The notes beneath the pieces are model-generated. The model was not told where the DNA came from. It was given only the letters and a program-made list of their open reading frames with translations, and searched no databases. A program made the position numbers and the translations under genes. From an uncultured Thermoplasmatales archaeon (GTDB lineage Archaea; Thermoplasmatota; E2; UBA202; DSCA01), in the NCBI GenBank assembly GCA_964606745.1, contig CAZSHJ010000001.1:18091-82090 (forward strand): a stretch of DNA of 64,000 nucleotides, written 5' to 3'. Below, piece after piece: positions 48,976 through 59,917 of the stretch. Each line of letters starts with the position of its first letter. Position 1 is the stretch's first letter.

Positions 48976-49023
48976 GTTATAAATTCTTTGTATGAGAATG
49001 TAAGGCTGCCGTAATCCTGCAGG

Positions 49024-49689
49024 TTATCCGTCCATGGGATACCATCTGCAGTCCTTTTTGTTCATCGGGCATTTGTGTTTTGTTTTGCATGGGGGCCCTG
49101 CATTCTCGAAGATTACCGGGGCAACTTTCCTCACCAATCCAAGCATTTTCCAGGCCAGTGCACGAATTTCCCACTGGGCATGCAGACAGCATCTCAATTC
49201 AAAAAAATTCAAGAGGGAGCGGGCATTCATGGATACCATTATCTTTGTGCACGCCGCATTTGGCAGGACATAACGGGCATCCTCCACAGGCACCTTCTCT
49301 CTAAATTCATCATATATATGCCATAGTTTCCCCATTGTATCTATATATTCCCGCTCCATGCCCGCCGCTTTGATTGAAGGAGGTGTGACGTATTCGATCT
49401 CGCTCTCAACATAACGCTGTGACTGCTGAGAGTATGATGCAATGCGATGTCTTACAAGCTGGTGCGTGAGTGCACGGGAAACACCGGATATTGCGAAGGT
49501 AAAATAGGCATGCTCGATAACGCTTTCGTGCCCCATTTTTATCACATGCCTCAAAATGTTTCCGAGTTGCTTTTCATCGCCCCCCCTCAACTCTTCAATA
49601 CTACTCTTGGAATGGGTAAGTTTTGCAGCCATAGCGGATAACATCTCACCGCCGGGCGTATATGCCAGCAGTTCAACTTTCAAAGTCAC
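49024..49689 (-). CDS. thyX: FAD-dependent thymidylate synthase
   Basis: GHESVIEH, HQLVRHRIASYSQQSQRY, EDARYVLP, AQWEIR. Confidence 0.96.
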   Translation of the reverse strand: MTLKVELLAYTPGGEMLSAMAAKLTHSKSSIEELRGGDEKQLGNILRHVIKMGHESVIEHAYFTFAISGVSRALTHQLVRHRIASYSQQSQRYVESEIEYVTPPSIKAAGMEREYIDTMGKLWHIYDEFREKVPVEDARYVLPNAACTKIMVSMNARSLLNFFELRCCLHAQWEIRALAWKMLGLVRKVAPVIFENAGPPCKTKHKCPMNKKDCRWYPMDG

Positions 49690-50597
49690 TCCCTCTCCCT
49701 GATAAGGTCAAGCAGCCCGAACGGTCCGTCTATTCTGGAAAGTTCCTTCTTTTCTATCACCGGGATGCCCTCAATGTTCTTTTTTGATGAAGATTTGATT
49801 AAGAATACAGAATGCCTCTCAACCACTTTGGATATGTTTGACATTATGCGTGCCCTTTCGGCAATCCTTTTGCCACTCACTCCCACCAGAAGCAATTCAT
49901 CCACAAGCTCGGATAAAGCATTGAACGGGGAACGCAATGTCGGCAAAATCGATATGCCCATTGATTCCATCAGCGAAAGCATGTCGTCGTTAATGCTTTT
50001 CCCTATTTCCAGCTCATAATTGTCTATGAAATCAATCATATCAAGGGGTTTCAGAATATCCTCCCCGAGAAACGAATATATCCTTTCCGCCACCTCTACC
50101 GTTGCCCTCTCCCCCCGCTCATACATCCTTATGGTTCTTCTCGATATGCCTGCCGCTCTTGCAAGCTGACCCAGGGAAATGCCTTTTTCCTCCCTCAATT
50201 CCCTTATTTTATCCCCGTCGAGATTTACATAGAATCCTCCCGGGGCAGCGGTCACTATGGGCATTACTCCCCGGAGACATTCATTCAGGGTTTCATAAGT
50301 GATTATAGGGACTCTGTATCTGTAGTATAACGTTTCGTTCTCAAGCGCACCGGAACTTGTCCTATTCCCTATAAGAAGCGGAACGGCCTCGAGATACTTT
50401 GCAAGAAGCAGGATTTCCTTTGCAACATCCTCACTGAGGGCATCTATATTATTGAGCACCTTCACGACAAAAAGAGTGTTATCCCTCCTTGCAACGAAGT
50501 CGAAGCTTGAGGGGCGGATTGTACATGTATCCGAAATATAGAACCCAGCCCGTGCTAACAGGTCTCTTGTATCTGCAAGCAGTTCCTTTTTCATCAA
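49686..50597 (-). CDS. Archaeal HTH transcriptional regulator (COG1395-like)
   Basis: SFDFVARR, APGGFYV, XRE-type HTH SLGQLARAAGISRRTIRMYE. Confidence 0.85.
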   Translation of the reverse strand: MMKKELLADTRDLLARAGFYISDTCTIRPSSFDFVARRDNTLFVVKVLNNIDALSEDVAKEILLLAKYLEAVPLLIGNRTSSGALENETLYYRYRVPIITYETLNECLRGVMPIVTAAPGGFYVNLDGDKIRELREEKGISLGQLARAAGISRRTIRMYERGERATVEVAERIYSFLGEDILKPLDMIDFIDNYELEIGKSINDDMLSLMESMGISILPTLRSPFNALSELVDELLLVGVSGKRIAERARIMSNISKVVERHSVFLIKSSSKKNIEGIPVIEKKELSRIDGPFGLLDLIRERE

Positions 50598-50629
50598 ACT
50601 AAAATACTCCCTTCGTATATAAAAAATTT

Positions 50630-51943
50630 GTGTGGCTTGGAATAGACGACACCGACTCGAGAGACGGTATGTGTACCACCCATCTGGCAGGAGACATAAT
50701 AAGAGAGTTGAATAGGCACGGCATGAATATAATAGGAATGCCCAGGCTTGTGAGACTCAACCCGAATATCCCGTGGAAGACTAGGGGCAACGGGGCAATC
50801 GCCATCCAATTCGGGAGGGGCGGCGGAAAGAAAAAGGAAATCGGATATATCGATGGAAAAAGATACTGTTACAGCAAAAAAATATCTGATGGAAAAGCAA
50901 GTGTCGATGAGATAATGGATGCAATTGATAAATTGGTCAAAAAGAAAGCAATGCTGGATAATGAGCAAACGAACCCTGGTCTTGTAATTTCGAAAAAAAA
51001 GCCGCCGTACCGACTGTACAAAAAAGCCGTCAGAAGCATAGTGACCGTCAACGAGGTGAGAGACATACTGGAGTCAATGAACGCCTCATATATTCCTTAC
51101 AAGAATGGAAGGGGACTCATAGGGGCATCATCGGCAATATCATGGCGTCCATATGACAGAACTTACGAACTTATAACCTACAGAAACGGAGGGAAAAGAT
51201 GGGTCGATAAAGAGTCGGTAAAAAAAATGGATAAGATACTCAAAAAAACTTTTGATAACTATGATTACAGGAACAAACATGTCCAGATAACGCCGAATTC
51301 CCCCTGCCCTATTATGTACGGCATACGGGGGGATGATGAAAACGAGCTGCCGGAAGCCATGAATATTGTAACATCGGGAAAAACAAAAAGATGGCTGCTT
51401 TTCAAAACCAATCAGGGAACCGACGAGCATCTGCAGAGGAAGAAGATAAAAGATGTAAAACCGTATGAATCAGTAATAGTAACAGGAAAAGTCTGCCGGG
51501 TACCCAGAACCATAAAGGGGGGGCATGTTATTTTCTCCATCTGCGACGACAACGAAATAGAATGCGCTGCCTACGAGCCCACCAAAAATTTCAGGATAAA
51601 TGCAATGCATCTCTATATGGGAGATAAAATAACAGTGTACGGGGGGGTGAGGAAAAAACCCATCACCCTCAACATTGAAAAAATGAAAGTACACGAAACG
51701 GTGGAAATAACAGAGAAGAAGGAAAATCCCGTCTGCAAAAGGTGCGGCAAACACATGAAGTCGATAGGAAAGGGGAAGGGATACCGCTGCATTAGATGCG
51801 GTATGACTGCAGAGGAGGGAGATGCTGTTTTTAAAAAAGTGGAAAGAGAGATAAAACCGGGATTCTATGAAGTACCGGTCGTGGCAAGGAGGCATTTGTC
51901 AAAGCCTTTGAAAAGGTTTATGCCGCCTCCAGATAAATATTGA
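50630..51943 (+). CDS. tiaS: tRNA(Ile2) agmatidine synthetase
   Basis: GIDDTDSRDGMCTT, LVRLNPNIPWKTRGNG, TNQGTD, AYEPT, C-terminal Zn ribbon. Confidence 0.96.
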   Translation: MWLGIDDTDSRDGMCTTHLAGDIIRELNRHGMNIIGMPRLVRLNPNIPWKTRGNGAIAIQFGRGGGKKKEIGYIDGKRYCYSKKISDGKASVDEIMDAIDKLVKKKAMLDNEQTNPGLVISKKKPPYRLYKKAVRSIVTVNEVRDILESMNASYIPYKNGRGLIGASSAISWRPYDRTYELITYRNGGKRWVDKESVKKMDKILKKTFDNYDYRNKHVQITPNSPCPIMYGIRGDDENELPEAMNIVTSGKTKRWLLFKTNQGTDEHLQRKKIKDVKPYESVIVTGKVCRVPRTIKGGHVIFSICDDNEIECAAYEPTKNFRINAMHLYMGDKITVYGGVRKKPITLNIEKMKVHETVEITEKKENPVCKRCGKHMKSIGKGKGYRCIRCGMTAEEGDAVFKKVEREIKPGFYEVPVVARRHLSKPLKRFMPPPDKY

Positions 51944-54014
51944 ATATTGTGCCTTTCTTTTCCCCATTTTCCATTCTGTCTGTCAGTTCTATCAATCCCC
52001 CGCAACCCTCCACCATTTTTCTGACCAGATAAAGACCCAGACCACTTCCCGGGCTTCCCCTCCTCTTTATTCCCGGTCTGAATATCTCCTTTTTTATCTC
52101 ATCGGGTACGCCCTTGCCGTCATCCTCTATCGAAATTCTATGAAAACTCTTTCCATCCTTCTTTTCCTTGCTGAAATATATGGAAATGTTTTTGCAATCA
52201 GAATGAACGATGGCATTATGTATAATATTGGAGAAGATGCTGTCTACCAGTGGACCTACCTTTGCCACGGCACTGGATTTCTTATAATTTATTTTAACCC
52301 CAAAATCCTTGGCTTGCTGTAAATTCGTCTTTATCGCGTTGGACATACTTTCGTTGATGACTATCGGAGAAATATCGGTCCCCCCTTCTGCCACACGCAG
52401 TTCCCTCACCTTTTTGATGAGGTCGGTGCTCGCTTTTACAGCATTTAAAGCATTGGATACAAGACCCGCCTGCTCCGAACCAAGATTTGTGCTATTCAGA
52501 ATTTCAAGGTTTCCCTGCACAACCATATTTCTGTTGGCAATATCATGCCGGAGAAGTGAATTGTAGAAATCCTTCTCTACCTCCGCCTCCACCTTTCCGG
52601 TAATATCTCTGTATACGCCGAAAATTCCTGACTGTTTACCGTCCACAAATACAGGAGCGCTAAGCACCGAGACAGACACCAACGAACCATCCTTTCGCTT
52701 CCTGACAGATTCCAACATTACGGTTTCCCCGCGAGTGACTTTTTTTGTAATGCCCCTTCCCTCATCTTTTTTTTCATCGGGAAGTACAAAGTCATCTATG
52801 TCTTTTCCTTTTATCTCGTCCAGACCATATCCAAATAATTTTGTAAACGAAGGATTTAAATCGATAACCCTGCGATTTTTATCAAGCGATGCAATTGCCT
52901 CGGGGGAACTCTCGAATAATGCATGGAAATATATTTTCTGCCTGTTTAACTCCTCCACGATTTTTTTCCGCTCTGTCACATCCCTGATAGTTATGAAACC
53001 CCCTATTATTCTGTCATTCCATAATATGGGAGAAGTATTTACCTCCGCATCAATTATTTCATCTTCGCGTTTAAGCCCAATTTCGAGACCGGTTACTTTT
53101 TCGCCTTTCATTGTCTTTTTGATTGTTTTTTTAAGGTTGTCTTGGAATGCTTCAGCAACAAAAATTTGAAATTCCTGGCCTATTATCTTTTTGTTGGACA
53201 CCCTCACCATTTCGGAAAAGTGGGAGTTTGCATAATCTATGCCTCCAGAGGAATCAACAATGCATATTCCCTCGCTTGCGGTCTCTGCCAAAATTCGAAA
53301 GTCCACTTCTGCAGCAGTTTCAACCGGCAGCTTGAATTTCAGTATTGCATATGAAAGCGTAAAAGCCATCACCATATCTATGCTTGAGCCCACCGGGAAC
53401 TGGGAAGTATTCATGATGACACTAAAAAATTCGTAACTCACAAAAGAAAGAATACTGGAGACAGGCACTGCAATAAGAACGAAGAGACTCTGGTATTTCT
53501 TTATACCGGCACTTTCACGGTAATACCTGAAGATTAAAAAGGTGGAGAATATTATAAGTACCAAGGCAATCAAGTCATTTACATACAAGAGAGGGCCGTA
53601 CACAGGTTCTATACCAAAGCCCTTGGGTGCCACTCCCTCCACGTAATAGACGGAGAACATGGAAAGCAACAAAAAAATTGTAGGACCGTACACCAAAGGC
53701 AGCCATATTCTGGTTTTTAGATAGCCGGTATATAATACGGTAAAATGAAAGATAAGAGGAGCAATGAGTATTAATCCTGCAGCACCAATTTTTGCCAGCA
53801 GCAAGGCATAAGAGTTGTTCTCCCCTATAACATTTATCAAAAGGATGCTGATATTCCATAAGAATATGTCAAGACAAAATACCGATAGTACAGTCACATA
53901 CGGCTTCCTTGGCTTTTTTATAAGCAAGTAAAAAATAATGGATGGCAACGAGATAATAGCCACTATAGATGGTACAAGATATATCAATTCCGTCATTTTA
54001 GAGATAAACATCAC
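51918..54014 (-). CDS. 7TM-PAS-PAS sensor histidine kinase
   Basis: N-terminal TMs, two PAS (RDVTERK, RDITG), RHDIAN H-box, DDGKG, GLGLY. Confidence 0.92.
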   Translation of the reverse strand: MMFISKMTELIYLVPSIVAIISLPSIIFYLLIKKPRKPYVTVLSVFCLDIFLWNISILLINVIGENNSYALLLAKIGAAGLILIAPLIFHFTVLYTGYLKTRIWLPLVYGPTIFLLLSMFSVYYVEGVAPKGFGIEPVYGPLLYVNDLIALVLIIFSTFLIFRYYRESAGIKKYQSLFVLIAVPVSSILSFVSYEFFSVIMNTSQFPVGSSIDMVMAFTLSYAILKFKLPVETAAEVDFRILAETASEGICIVDSSGGIDYANSHFSEMVRVSNKKIIGQEFQIFVAEAFQDNLKKTIKKTMKGEKVTGLEIGLKREDEIIDAEVNTSPILWNDRIIGGFITIRDVTERKKIVEELNRQKIYFHALFESSPEAIASLDKNRRVIDLNPSFTKLFGYGLDEIKGKDIDDFVLPDEKKDEGRGITKKVTRGETVMLESVRKRKDGSLVSVSVLSAPVFVDGKQSGIFGVYRDITGKVEAEVEKDFYNSLLRHDIANRNMVVQGNLEILNSTNLGSEQAGLVSNALNAVKASTDLIKKVRELRVAEGGTDISPIVINESMSNAIKTNLQQAKDFGVKINYKKSSAVAKVGPLVDSIFSNIIHNAIVHSDCKNISIYFSKEKKDGKSFHRISIEDDGKGVPDEIKKEIFRPGIKRRGSPGSGLGLYLVRKMVEGCGGLIELTDRMENGEKKGTIFNIYLEAA

Positions 54015-54265
54015 TTAATTGATATAATAAACTTTATATTTTTTTCAACAGGGTGACATGCGACATAGTAGGGTACAAAAAATCGATAGTTTTATATACG
54101 AAATTAACATTATCAATATGATAGCAAAAAGATAGCAAACTGGGGGGAGGACAAATTAGCTCTCTACTCCAGGTGGTTGAAATGCCGCCTCTCCCCCCGC
54201 CCCTTTCAAAATTTTTTATCAAGGATTATTAACAAGCCTACCCAGTGTGTATAAATTAAAATAGA

Positions 54266-54384
54266 GGCCCGAGCCGGGATTTTCAAGAGGATGCGAGAGA
54301 TTAAAAAATCCGCTGGCATTTCCTCTTTTGAACCCGAGACAAGGGATCCACAGTCCCTTATGTTACCGCTACACCACCCGGGCC
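54266..54384 (-). tRNA. tRNA-His(GTG) with encoded G-1 and 47-nt intron at 59/60 (54280-54326)
   Basis: Removing the intron restores the TTCAAAT T-loop; BHB/BHL-like junction with central helix TTCA/TGAA. Confidence 0.9.
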
Positions 54385-54420
54385 ATAATAGGGAATGGAG
54401 ATTCCTATTTTATATTTTGG

Positions 54421-55323
54421 CTAGAATACAACTGACTTAGCCAGAAGGAATAGGACAAGGAGGAAAACCCACTCACCATCCAAAAGGATGCCATAATGCG
54501 TCTTCGGTATCTCTGCTCTCCTTGAAAAATAGAGAATATAAAAGTAGCCATATAGCATGCAAAAAACAAAAACAGGTATATACAGAACAAAAATAGAATT
54601 ATAGAAAGCAAATAAAATCCAGGGTATCAACAGGGTGTTCATTGCAATAAGTAATATTCTCGTGTTCTTCAACCCCAATTTAACAGGTATTGTTTTCACC
54701 CCTGCCCCCACATCCCCCTCCATATCCCTAACATCAAACAGGACAGTATTTATCATTCCCTTTACAAAAATAAACAGGAATATCATGGCAACAAACAACC
54801 CGTTGAAATGAAAAACTGCCGGCAGGAGCGAAGCTTCCATTGCCCATGAAAGCGACACTGTAACATTCTTGCCTATGAAATAATCCTTGAGACGAAAATC
54901 TCGTATTCTTGCACTGTAAAATATACCGAAAGAAAGCGGGATTAACAACACGATAATGCTGAGCGGGCTTGTCATACTCCCGAACAACAAAGCTGCAATG
55001 TAGGATAATATGGCTATGAGAATCAAACCATTTCTCCCACTCACATAGTATTTTTCCCTCTCTGGAAAGTTCAGAGAATCTTCTTTTTTATCTGTCAACA
55101 GATTGAGATTATAAATACCAAATGTCACCAGAAAAGCACTGATAAGACACACATTGATATCAACACCGTAAAGTAAAAAGGTGATGAAAGCCACAGAAAA
55201 ACCACTTAATGCTACGTTTATAGGTGAAAATAACAGCAGCGAAATGAATTTTCTGAGACAAGCAGCACTATATTCAGGTATCGCCCAGTTCCAGCTTCCT
55301 CGCCCGGCTCTTATAATATTCAA
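54421..55323 (-). CDS. UbiA-family prenyltransferase-like membrane protein (start uncertain)
   Basis: NLLTDKKEDSLNFPER and FDVRDMEGD...GVKTIP motifs. Confidence 0.8.
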   Translation of the reverse strand: MNIIRAGRGSWNWAIPEYSAACLRKFISLLLFSPINVALSGFSVAFITFLLYGVDINVCLISAFLVTFGIYNLNLLTDKKEDSLNFPEREKYYVSGRNGLILIAILSYIAALLFGSMTSPLSIIVLLIPLSFGIFYSARIRDFRLKDYFIGKNVTVSLSWAMEASLLPAVFHFNGLFVAMIFLFIFVKGMINTVLFDVRDMEGDVGAGVKTIPVKLGLKNTRILLIAMNTLLIPWILFAFYNSIFVLYIPVFVFCMLYGYFYILYFSRRAEIPKTHYGILLDGEWVFLLVLFLLAKSVVF

Positions 55324-56095
55324 ATAGCTCTCTACCCCAATTTATCGCCCCTTTCTCTCTACTCACTAAATCGTGAGAAGCATCATATATCCCATCCAGT
55401 CCAAATAGCCCCAATGAAAATACGGAATTGGTGACCGTGAATGCCACCCCGATATCTTCATTAATTTTCCAGATGGAAATATCTTTGTTTTCCATTATTC
55501 CCTCAAACCCTTTCCTATCTTTATCAATAAGTTCCGCTAGAACGTCTTCCGTCAACACCAGATTTACTTTTGCCCCACCCTTCAACAATTTTTTTATTAA
55601 GGAGACAAAAGCGTCCACGAATATTGGTGAAACACCGAAAAATTCCCTTGCCTTTCTTGTAAGTTCCATGTAAATAGTCAGGGTTTTGAATACATCTCTA
55701 ACGCCGGATGTAAATATCTTATAATCCTTGATCTCACCAATCCTGCCCAGAAACTCCTCTGGAATGCCCTGTATATCATGTGTAAGCCAGAAACCTTCAT
55801 CCTTTCTAATGACTGCCAGGGTTCCTATCGTGTCTGATAACTTTGAACAGATAATATTTCCTATAGATGTAAGATGATATCCATCCTCCTTCTCTACCAG
55901 CATCTGTTCTCTTTCCAAATCTCTTGCAGCATGTATGACAGTCGATGAGCTAACCCCTATCTCATCGCGCAGTTGCCCTGATGTCTTACATCCTTCCCCT
56001 ATACTCAGCATCACCTTCACCCTCACATTCGAAGAAGTTATGAGCTTCAGGAGGTCGCCCGCTTCCTCATACATGGAATATTCCTTCCTCCCCAT
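55274..56095 (-). CDS. Winged-helix regulator with DUF1724-like C-terminal domain
   Basis: SNVRVKVML..., YHLTSIG, FWLTHDIQGIP, AINWGRELFEYY. Confidence 0.82.
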   Translation of the reverse strand: MGRKEYSMYEEAGDLLKLITSSNVRVKVMLSIGEGCKTSGQLRDEIGVSSSTVIHAARDLEREQMLVEKEDGYHLTSIGNIICSKLSDTIGTLAVIRKDEGFWLTHDIQGIPEEFLGRIGEIKDYKIFTSGVRDVFKTLTIYMELTRKAREFFGVSPIFVDAFVSLIKKLLKGGAKVNLVLTEDVLAELIDKDRKGFEGIMENKDISIWKINEDIGVAFTVTNSVFSLGLFGLDGIYDASHDLVSREKGAINWGRELFEYYKSRARKLELGDT

Positions 56096-56183
56096 ATACT
56101 TCAATATTGCTTTCTGGTATTTATAATATTCGAAGCTGTATATATTGCTAACGATTGACAAAATTGTCCTGAGAGAACAACCG

Positions 56184-56855
56184 CTATCTGTAGGGCAGAG
56201 TAAAAAAGAAGATATTTCCTTCTTTACCGCCCTCAACCCATATCCTCCCACCATGATGCTCCACTATCTTTCTGCATATCGCCAGACCGACCCCTGCGCC
56301 GCCGTACCTCCCTCTTTCATGCAGACATTCAAAAACGTCGAATATACGCATGTAATCTTTCGGGGGGATGGATATGGCATTATCCTCAAAAATAAAGGTA
56401 CAGCCGTCTTTATTACCTCTGGATTTTATACTGACTGAAGGATTTTGACTACTGTTAAATTTTATAGCGTTTTCCATTAAATTCGTAAAAAGTTCCTTTA
56501 TTTCCCCTCTATTCGCATTTATCACCGGCAGGGGGCCACTCTTCACAGTACCATTTCTTTCCCTGATAAACGTGCCCATTTCCGCACATGCCTCCAGAAA
56601 AACTTCATTAAGATTAACTTCAGATTTGCTTTCATCCCGCTCGATTCTCGATAGTTTCAACAGGCCATCTATCATATCATTCATTCTCCCAGCCGCAGAC
56701 ATCATTCTCTTCAGGTATTCATTTCCTCTCTCGTCAAGTTTGTCTCCGTACTCATCGGCCAGAAAAGCACCAAAAACTTTTATGGAACGCAACGGCTCGT
56801 ATAAATCATGGGAAATGACGTACAAAAACTTCTCCATTTCATCTTCCGTTTTCAC
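56184..56855 (-). CDS. Sensor-less histidine kinase (HisKA + HATPase)
   Basis: SHDLYEPL, NLMENAIKF, GAGVGLAICRKIVEHHGGRIW; G1 box reads DNAIS. Confidence 0.88.
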   Translation of the reverse strand: MKTEDEMEKFLYVISHDLYEPLRSIKVFGAFLADEYGDKLDERGNEYLKRMMSAAGRMNDMIDGLLKLSRIERDESKSEVNLNEVFLEACAEMGTFIRERNGTVKSGPLPVINANRGEIKELFTNLMENAIKFNSSQNPSVSIKSRGNKDGCTFIFEDNAISIPPKDYMRIFDVFECLHERGRYGGAGVGLAICRKIVEHHGGRIWVEGGKEGNIFFFTLPYR

Positions 56856-56928
56856 AGCAAATAATCCCTTTGGTTATTTAAATATTGGCGGACTGTAATA
56901 AATATATATCAAAAATGAATGTGCAACC

Positions 56929-57489
56929 ATGGTAAAAGGCAGTATGGATAAAATCGTGGCTGGAATACTCATTGCAGTGATTGTAATTGCAATAGGTGTC
57001 TTTGCATATTATAGCCTCTCAAAAAACGAAAAGGAGAGCGCCATCCTAATAGTCTCTTACGAAAACGAAAAATATAGTTACAGCATTTCGGATTTGAAAA
57101 ATTTGGATGATTTTTCTGGAAGTGGCGGCTACATAACTTCTCATGGTTTCATCAGGGGTCCGGAAAATTATACGGGCGTTAGAATAACAGAACTTCTGGG
57201 TAAAATTGACGCTACCGGCGATTACAAACTAGAGGTCATTGCCAAAGACAACTATTCAGTGAACTACACCATTGATGAAATCGAGGGCAATGTAACTGTT
57301 TACGATATCTCCAGGAATGAAACGGTTACGGGCGGAGTAACAATGATTCTGGCATATGTTGAAAATGGAAATTACAATTTTGATGATGGCCCACTGCGAA
57401 TTGCCTATGTCAACGACCAAGGGGCGATAACGTCCTCGAAACTCTGGGCAAAATGGGTAGTGGAGTTGAAAATTATTGATGATGAATAA
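56929..57489 (+). CDS. Membrane-anchored molybdopterin-oxidoreductase-like domain protein
   Basis: YTGVRITELL, AKDNYS, ILAY, GPLRI, WAKWV. Confidence 0.7.
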   Translation: MVKGSMDKIVAGILIAVIVIAIGVFAYYSLSKNEKESAILIVSYENEKYSYSISDLKNLDDFSGSGGYITSHGFIRGPENYTGVRITELLGKIDATGDYKLEVIAKDNYSVNYTIDEIEGNVTVYDISRNETVTGGVTMILAYVENGNYNFDDGPLRIAYVNDQGAITSSKLWAKWVVELKIIDDE

Positions 57490-57877
57490 GCGACTCCGCA
57501 ACTTCCTTCAATTTGGGTAAGACATCATACTTCCCCATCTCCGAAGGATTTATCCATTCATATTCAGTATGCTCCCAGTCAATTTTTACAATATCGGTAT
57601 TTGACCTGAAAAGGAAAGGATGAACCGTCCATGTCTTTCCCTCGGTCTTATCAAAAAAGGTGATGGGCTTCCCTTCTTTTTCCAGTTTTACACTACCACC
57701 GAATAACCCCGTCTCCTCCTCTATCTCTTTCATAGCCCTCTCACACATGATGTCGCCTTCCTCAACATAACCTGAAACACATGCCCATTTTCCCTTATGC
57801 GTGCCAACTCTGTTGCTCCTCTTCAACAGAAGCATCTTATCCTCATAGAGAATTACACATGTTACCACGTCCGGCAT
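57473..57877 (-). CDS. NUDIX hydrolase
   Basis: SGYVEEGD...AMKEIEEETGL Nudix box; DWEHTEYEW. Confidence 0.92.
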   Translation of the reverse strand: MPDVVTCVILYEDKMLLLKRSNRVGTHKGKWACVSGYVEEGDIMCERAMKEIEEETGLFGGSVKLEKEGKPITFFDKTEGKTWTVHPFLFRSNTDIVKIDWEHTEYEWINPSEMGKYDVLPKLKEVAESLIHHQ

Positions 57878-57881
57878 TTCA

Positions 57882-59672
57882 TCACCTTATTTTCATTGCC
57901 AGCCTGCCATTTGATGCGATGGTGTTTATTATTTCCTTGCCCTGCTTGCTATTCCTGTTTATTTTTATGCTTCCCTGCTGGGAAAGGCTGCCGGAGAGTA
58001 TGGTTCTGCCGTCGACAGTTACATCCACTCCCGTGCCCCCATATATATCGCCAACCTGGAGTATAATGAAATTCTTTCTTTTCAGCACGGATGGCACAAT
58101 ATCGGATGATGAAGCAATGGGCTGCACATTTAATTTTATACCTGCCTCATCCTCTATTCTCGATATGGTCTTACCTGCCTTTCCTATTATGCGGGGGATG
58201 CTCCGCTCCTCGACATATACAACTGCCGAGTTACCTGACTTCATCTTCACATCTACTGAACCATCGACATATTTCTCAATTATGGAACGAATTTGCCCCT
58301 CAGCAAGCCTTTCCACCGAATTTTTCGGTTTTTCACCCTCAATAGGCATCACCACCACCTGCTCCCCGTAGGAATATATCTCGTACAACTCCTTCTTTGT
58401 GTGGAAATCTCTCACAAGTATGACCGGGCGGGCGAGGTCGGCATCCTCCATGCCCGATGGCAATTTAACCATGAATTCCATCTCAAGTATCTGTTCAATT
58501 CTCCCGCCTTTGATGTGTATGACTGTATCGGCAACCTGAGGAATCATGCCCAACTCCACCCTCCCTATCAGACGCTGTACCGCATCTATGGCACGGTTTG
58601 CATGTGTCACGCCGATAAGCCCTATTCCCGCAAGTCTCATATCGGCGAATATACGGAAATCCTCGCTTTTTCTCACTTCATCATAAACAACAAAATCAGG
58701 CCTTACCAGAAGAATGATATCCGAGGTTAATTCCATGTTATATTCGAGAGGGGCATACTGTGTTATCTCATCTCCTACCTGCAAATCCCTGGGACTTTCC
58801 ATGGTCTTGATAACGGCATTTTTATCCCCCAGATAATCAGCCACCGCCTGTGCAAATGTCGACTTGCCTGAGCCAGGAGGCCCGGAAACAATTATGCCCC
58901 TCCTGTAATCCGCCAGCCGCCCCCTGGTTTCCTCATCGAGTTCATAATCATCTATCGACAGTTTTATGACGGGACGCGTTACCGTTATTTCGAATCTGTC
59001 GGAGAATGGCGGACGGGCTATCACCACCCTCATTGCTCCCAGCTGCACGACCGTAACTCCTTTTCTCTCGATTTCTATGAAACTGTCCTTTTTCCTTTTG
59101 GCCGCTTCTATTATCTCCCTGCTCATCGCCCCCATCTCTTTCTCCTTTAGCCTCATTTTCCCGACATTTATAATTTCAAAGTTACCGGGTTTGCCTTTTT
59201 TTGCACGCGGTACACAACCTTCCCTAAGGTGAACACTCATAGTACCATCATCAAAATATCCTTCTACCTGCAATTCTTTAATTTCCTGCTCGGGACGGAT
59301 ATAACGGGTCTTGAGACCTTTCGCCCCTGCCACATGTGCCTGCAACCGGTCAGAGGTAAAAAGCACCGCACGGCTTTCTTCGGATATCCTTCTTATTTCC
59401 GCATCTATTTCGCTTGGATGAGATATTTTTTCCGGAGGGGGCCGCTCGCCAACAAAATGGAGATTTATCTTACCTTCCTGATGAAAAACCTGAAGTTGGA
59501 TTATTTCATCCAGGCCGCTTATGCCGCTTTCAAACCCTTCACTTGCCTGGTGCTCCAGTTCCGCTATGACCGCCTCGGGTATCACTATGTCGATGTTTTC
59601 GAGTTCGCCGGCCCTGATAAGATTTGTTATTCTTCCATCGACGATTACGGAAGTATCAGGAACTATTTTCAT
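57882..59672 (-). CDS. PIN-domain ATPase (PINA; PIN + VirB11-like ATPase + KH)
   Basis: [37 protein letters not shown]. Confidence 0.93.
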   Translation of the reverse strand: MKIVPDTSVIVDGRITNLIRAGELENIDIVIPEAVIAELEHQASEGFESGISGLDEIIQLQVFHQEGKINLHFVGERPPPEKISHPSEIDAEIRRISEESRAVLFTSDRLQAHVAGAKGLKTRYIRPEQEIKELQVEGYFDDGTMSVHLREGCVPRAKKGKPGNFEIINVGKMRLKEKEMGAMSREIIEAAKRKKDSFIEIERKGVTVVQLGAMRVVIARPPFSDRFEITVTRPVIKLSIDDYELDEETRGRLADYRRGIIVSGPPGSGKSTFAQAVADYLGDKNAVIKTMESPRDLQVGDEITQYAPLEYNMELTSDIILLVRPDFVVYDEVRKSEDFRIFADMRLAGIGLIGVTHANRAIDAVQRLIGRVELGMIPQVADTVIHIKGGRIEQILEMEFMVKLPSGMEDADLARPVILVRDFHTKKELYEIYSYGEQVVVMPIEGEKPKNSVERLAEGQIRSIIEKYVDGSVDVKMKSGNSAVVYVEERSIPRIIGKAGKTISRIEDEAGIKLNVQPIASSSDIVPSVLKRKNFIILQVGDIYGGTGVDVTVDGRTILSGSLSQQGSIKINRNSKQGKEIINTIASNGRLAMKIR

Positions 59673-59732
59673 TGATTGGCTTAACGCCCCTCAAATATAA
59701 AACTATTACTGATGTAAAAACAATGACTGTTA

Positions 59733-59853
59733 TGGGCCCGGCCGGATTTTCGAACAAACTTGCGAGGAAGTGTGACTTGCCTGTAAGTCTGCATTCGAAC
59801 CGGCGACCATCTGGTTATGAGCCAGACGCTCCACCTGGCTAAGCTACGGGCCC
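59733..59853 (-). tRNA. tRNA with CAT anticodon, most likely tRNA-Ile2, with 47-nt intron at 59/60 (59747-59793)
   Basis: GGGCCCG acceptor typical of archaeal Ile; CT-CAT-AA loop; intron removal restores TTCGAAT. Confidence 0.88.
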
Positions 59854-59917
59854 TCAAAACCCATATCTGAATCAGATATATAAAAAATTTGTATTGGTAT
59901 GCCTGCCTTCATGAGAT

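Noticed and set aside
50630..59853. Functional cluster of tiaS, tRNA-Ile2 and agmatinase
   Set aside because: The genes are 8 to 40 kb apart with unrelated genes between; co-occurrence is likely coincidental
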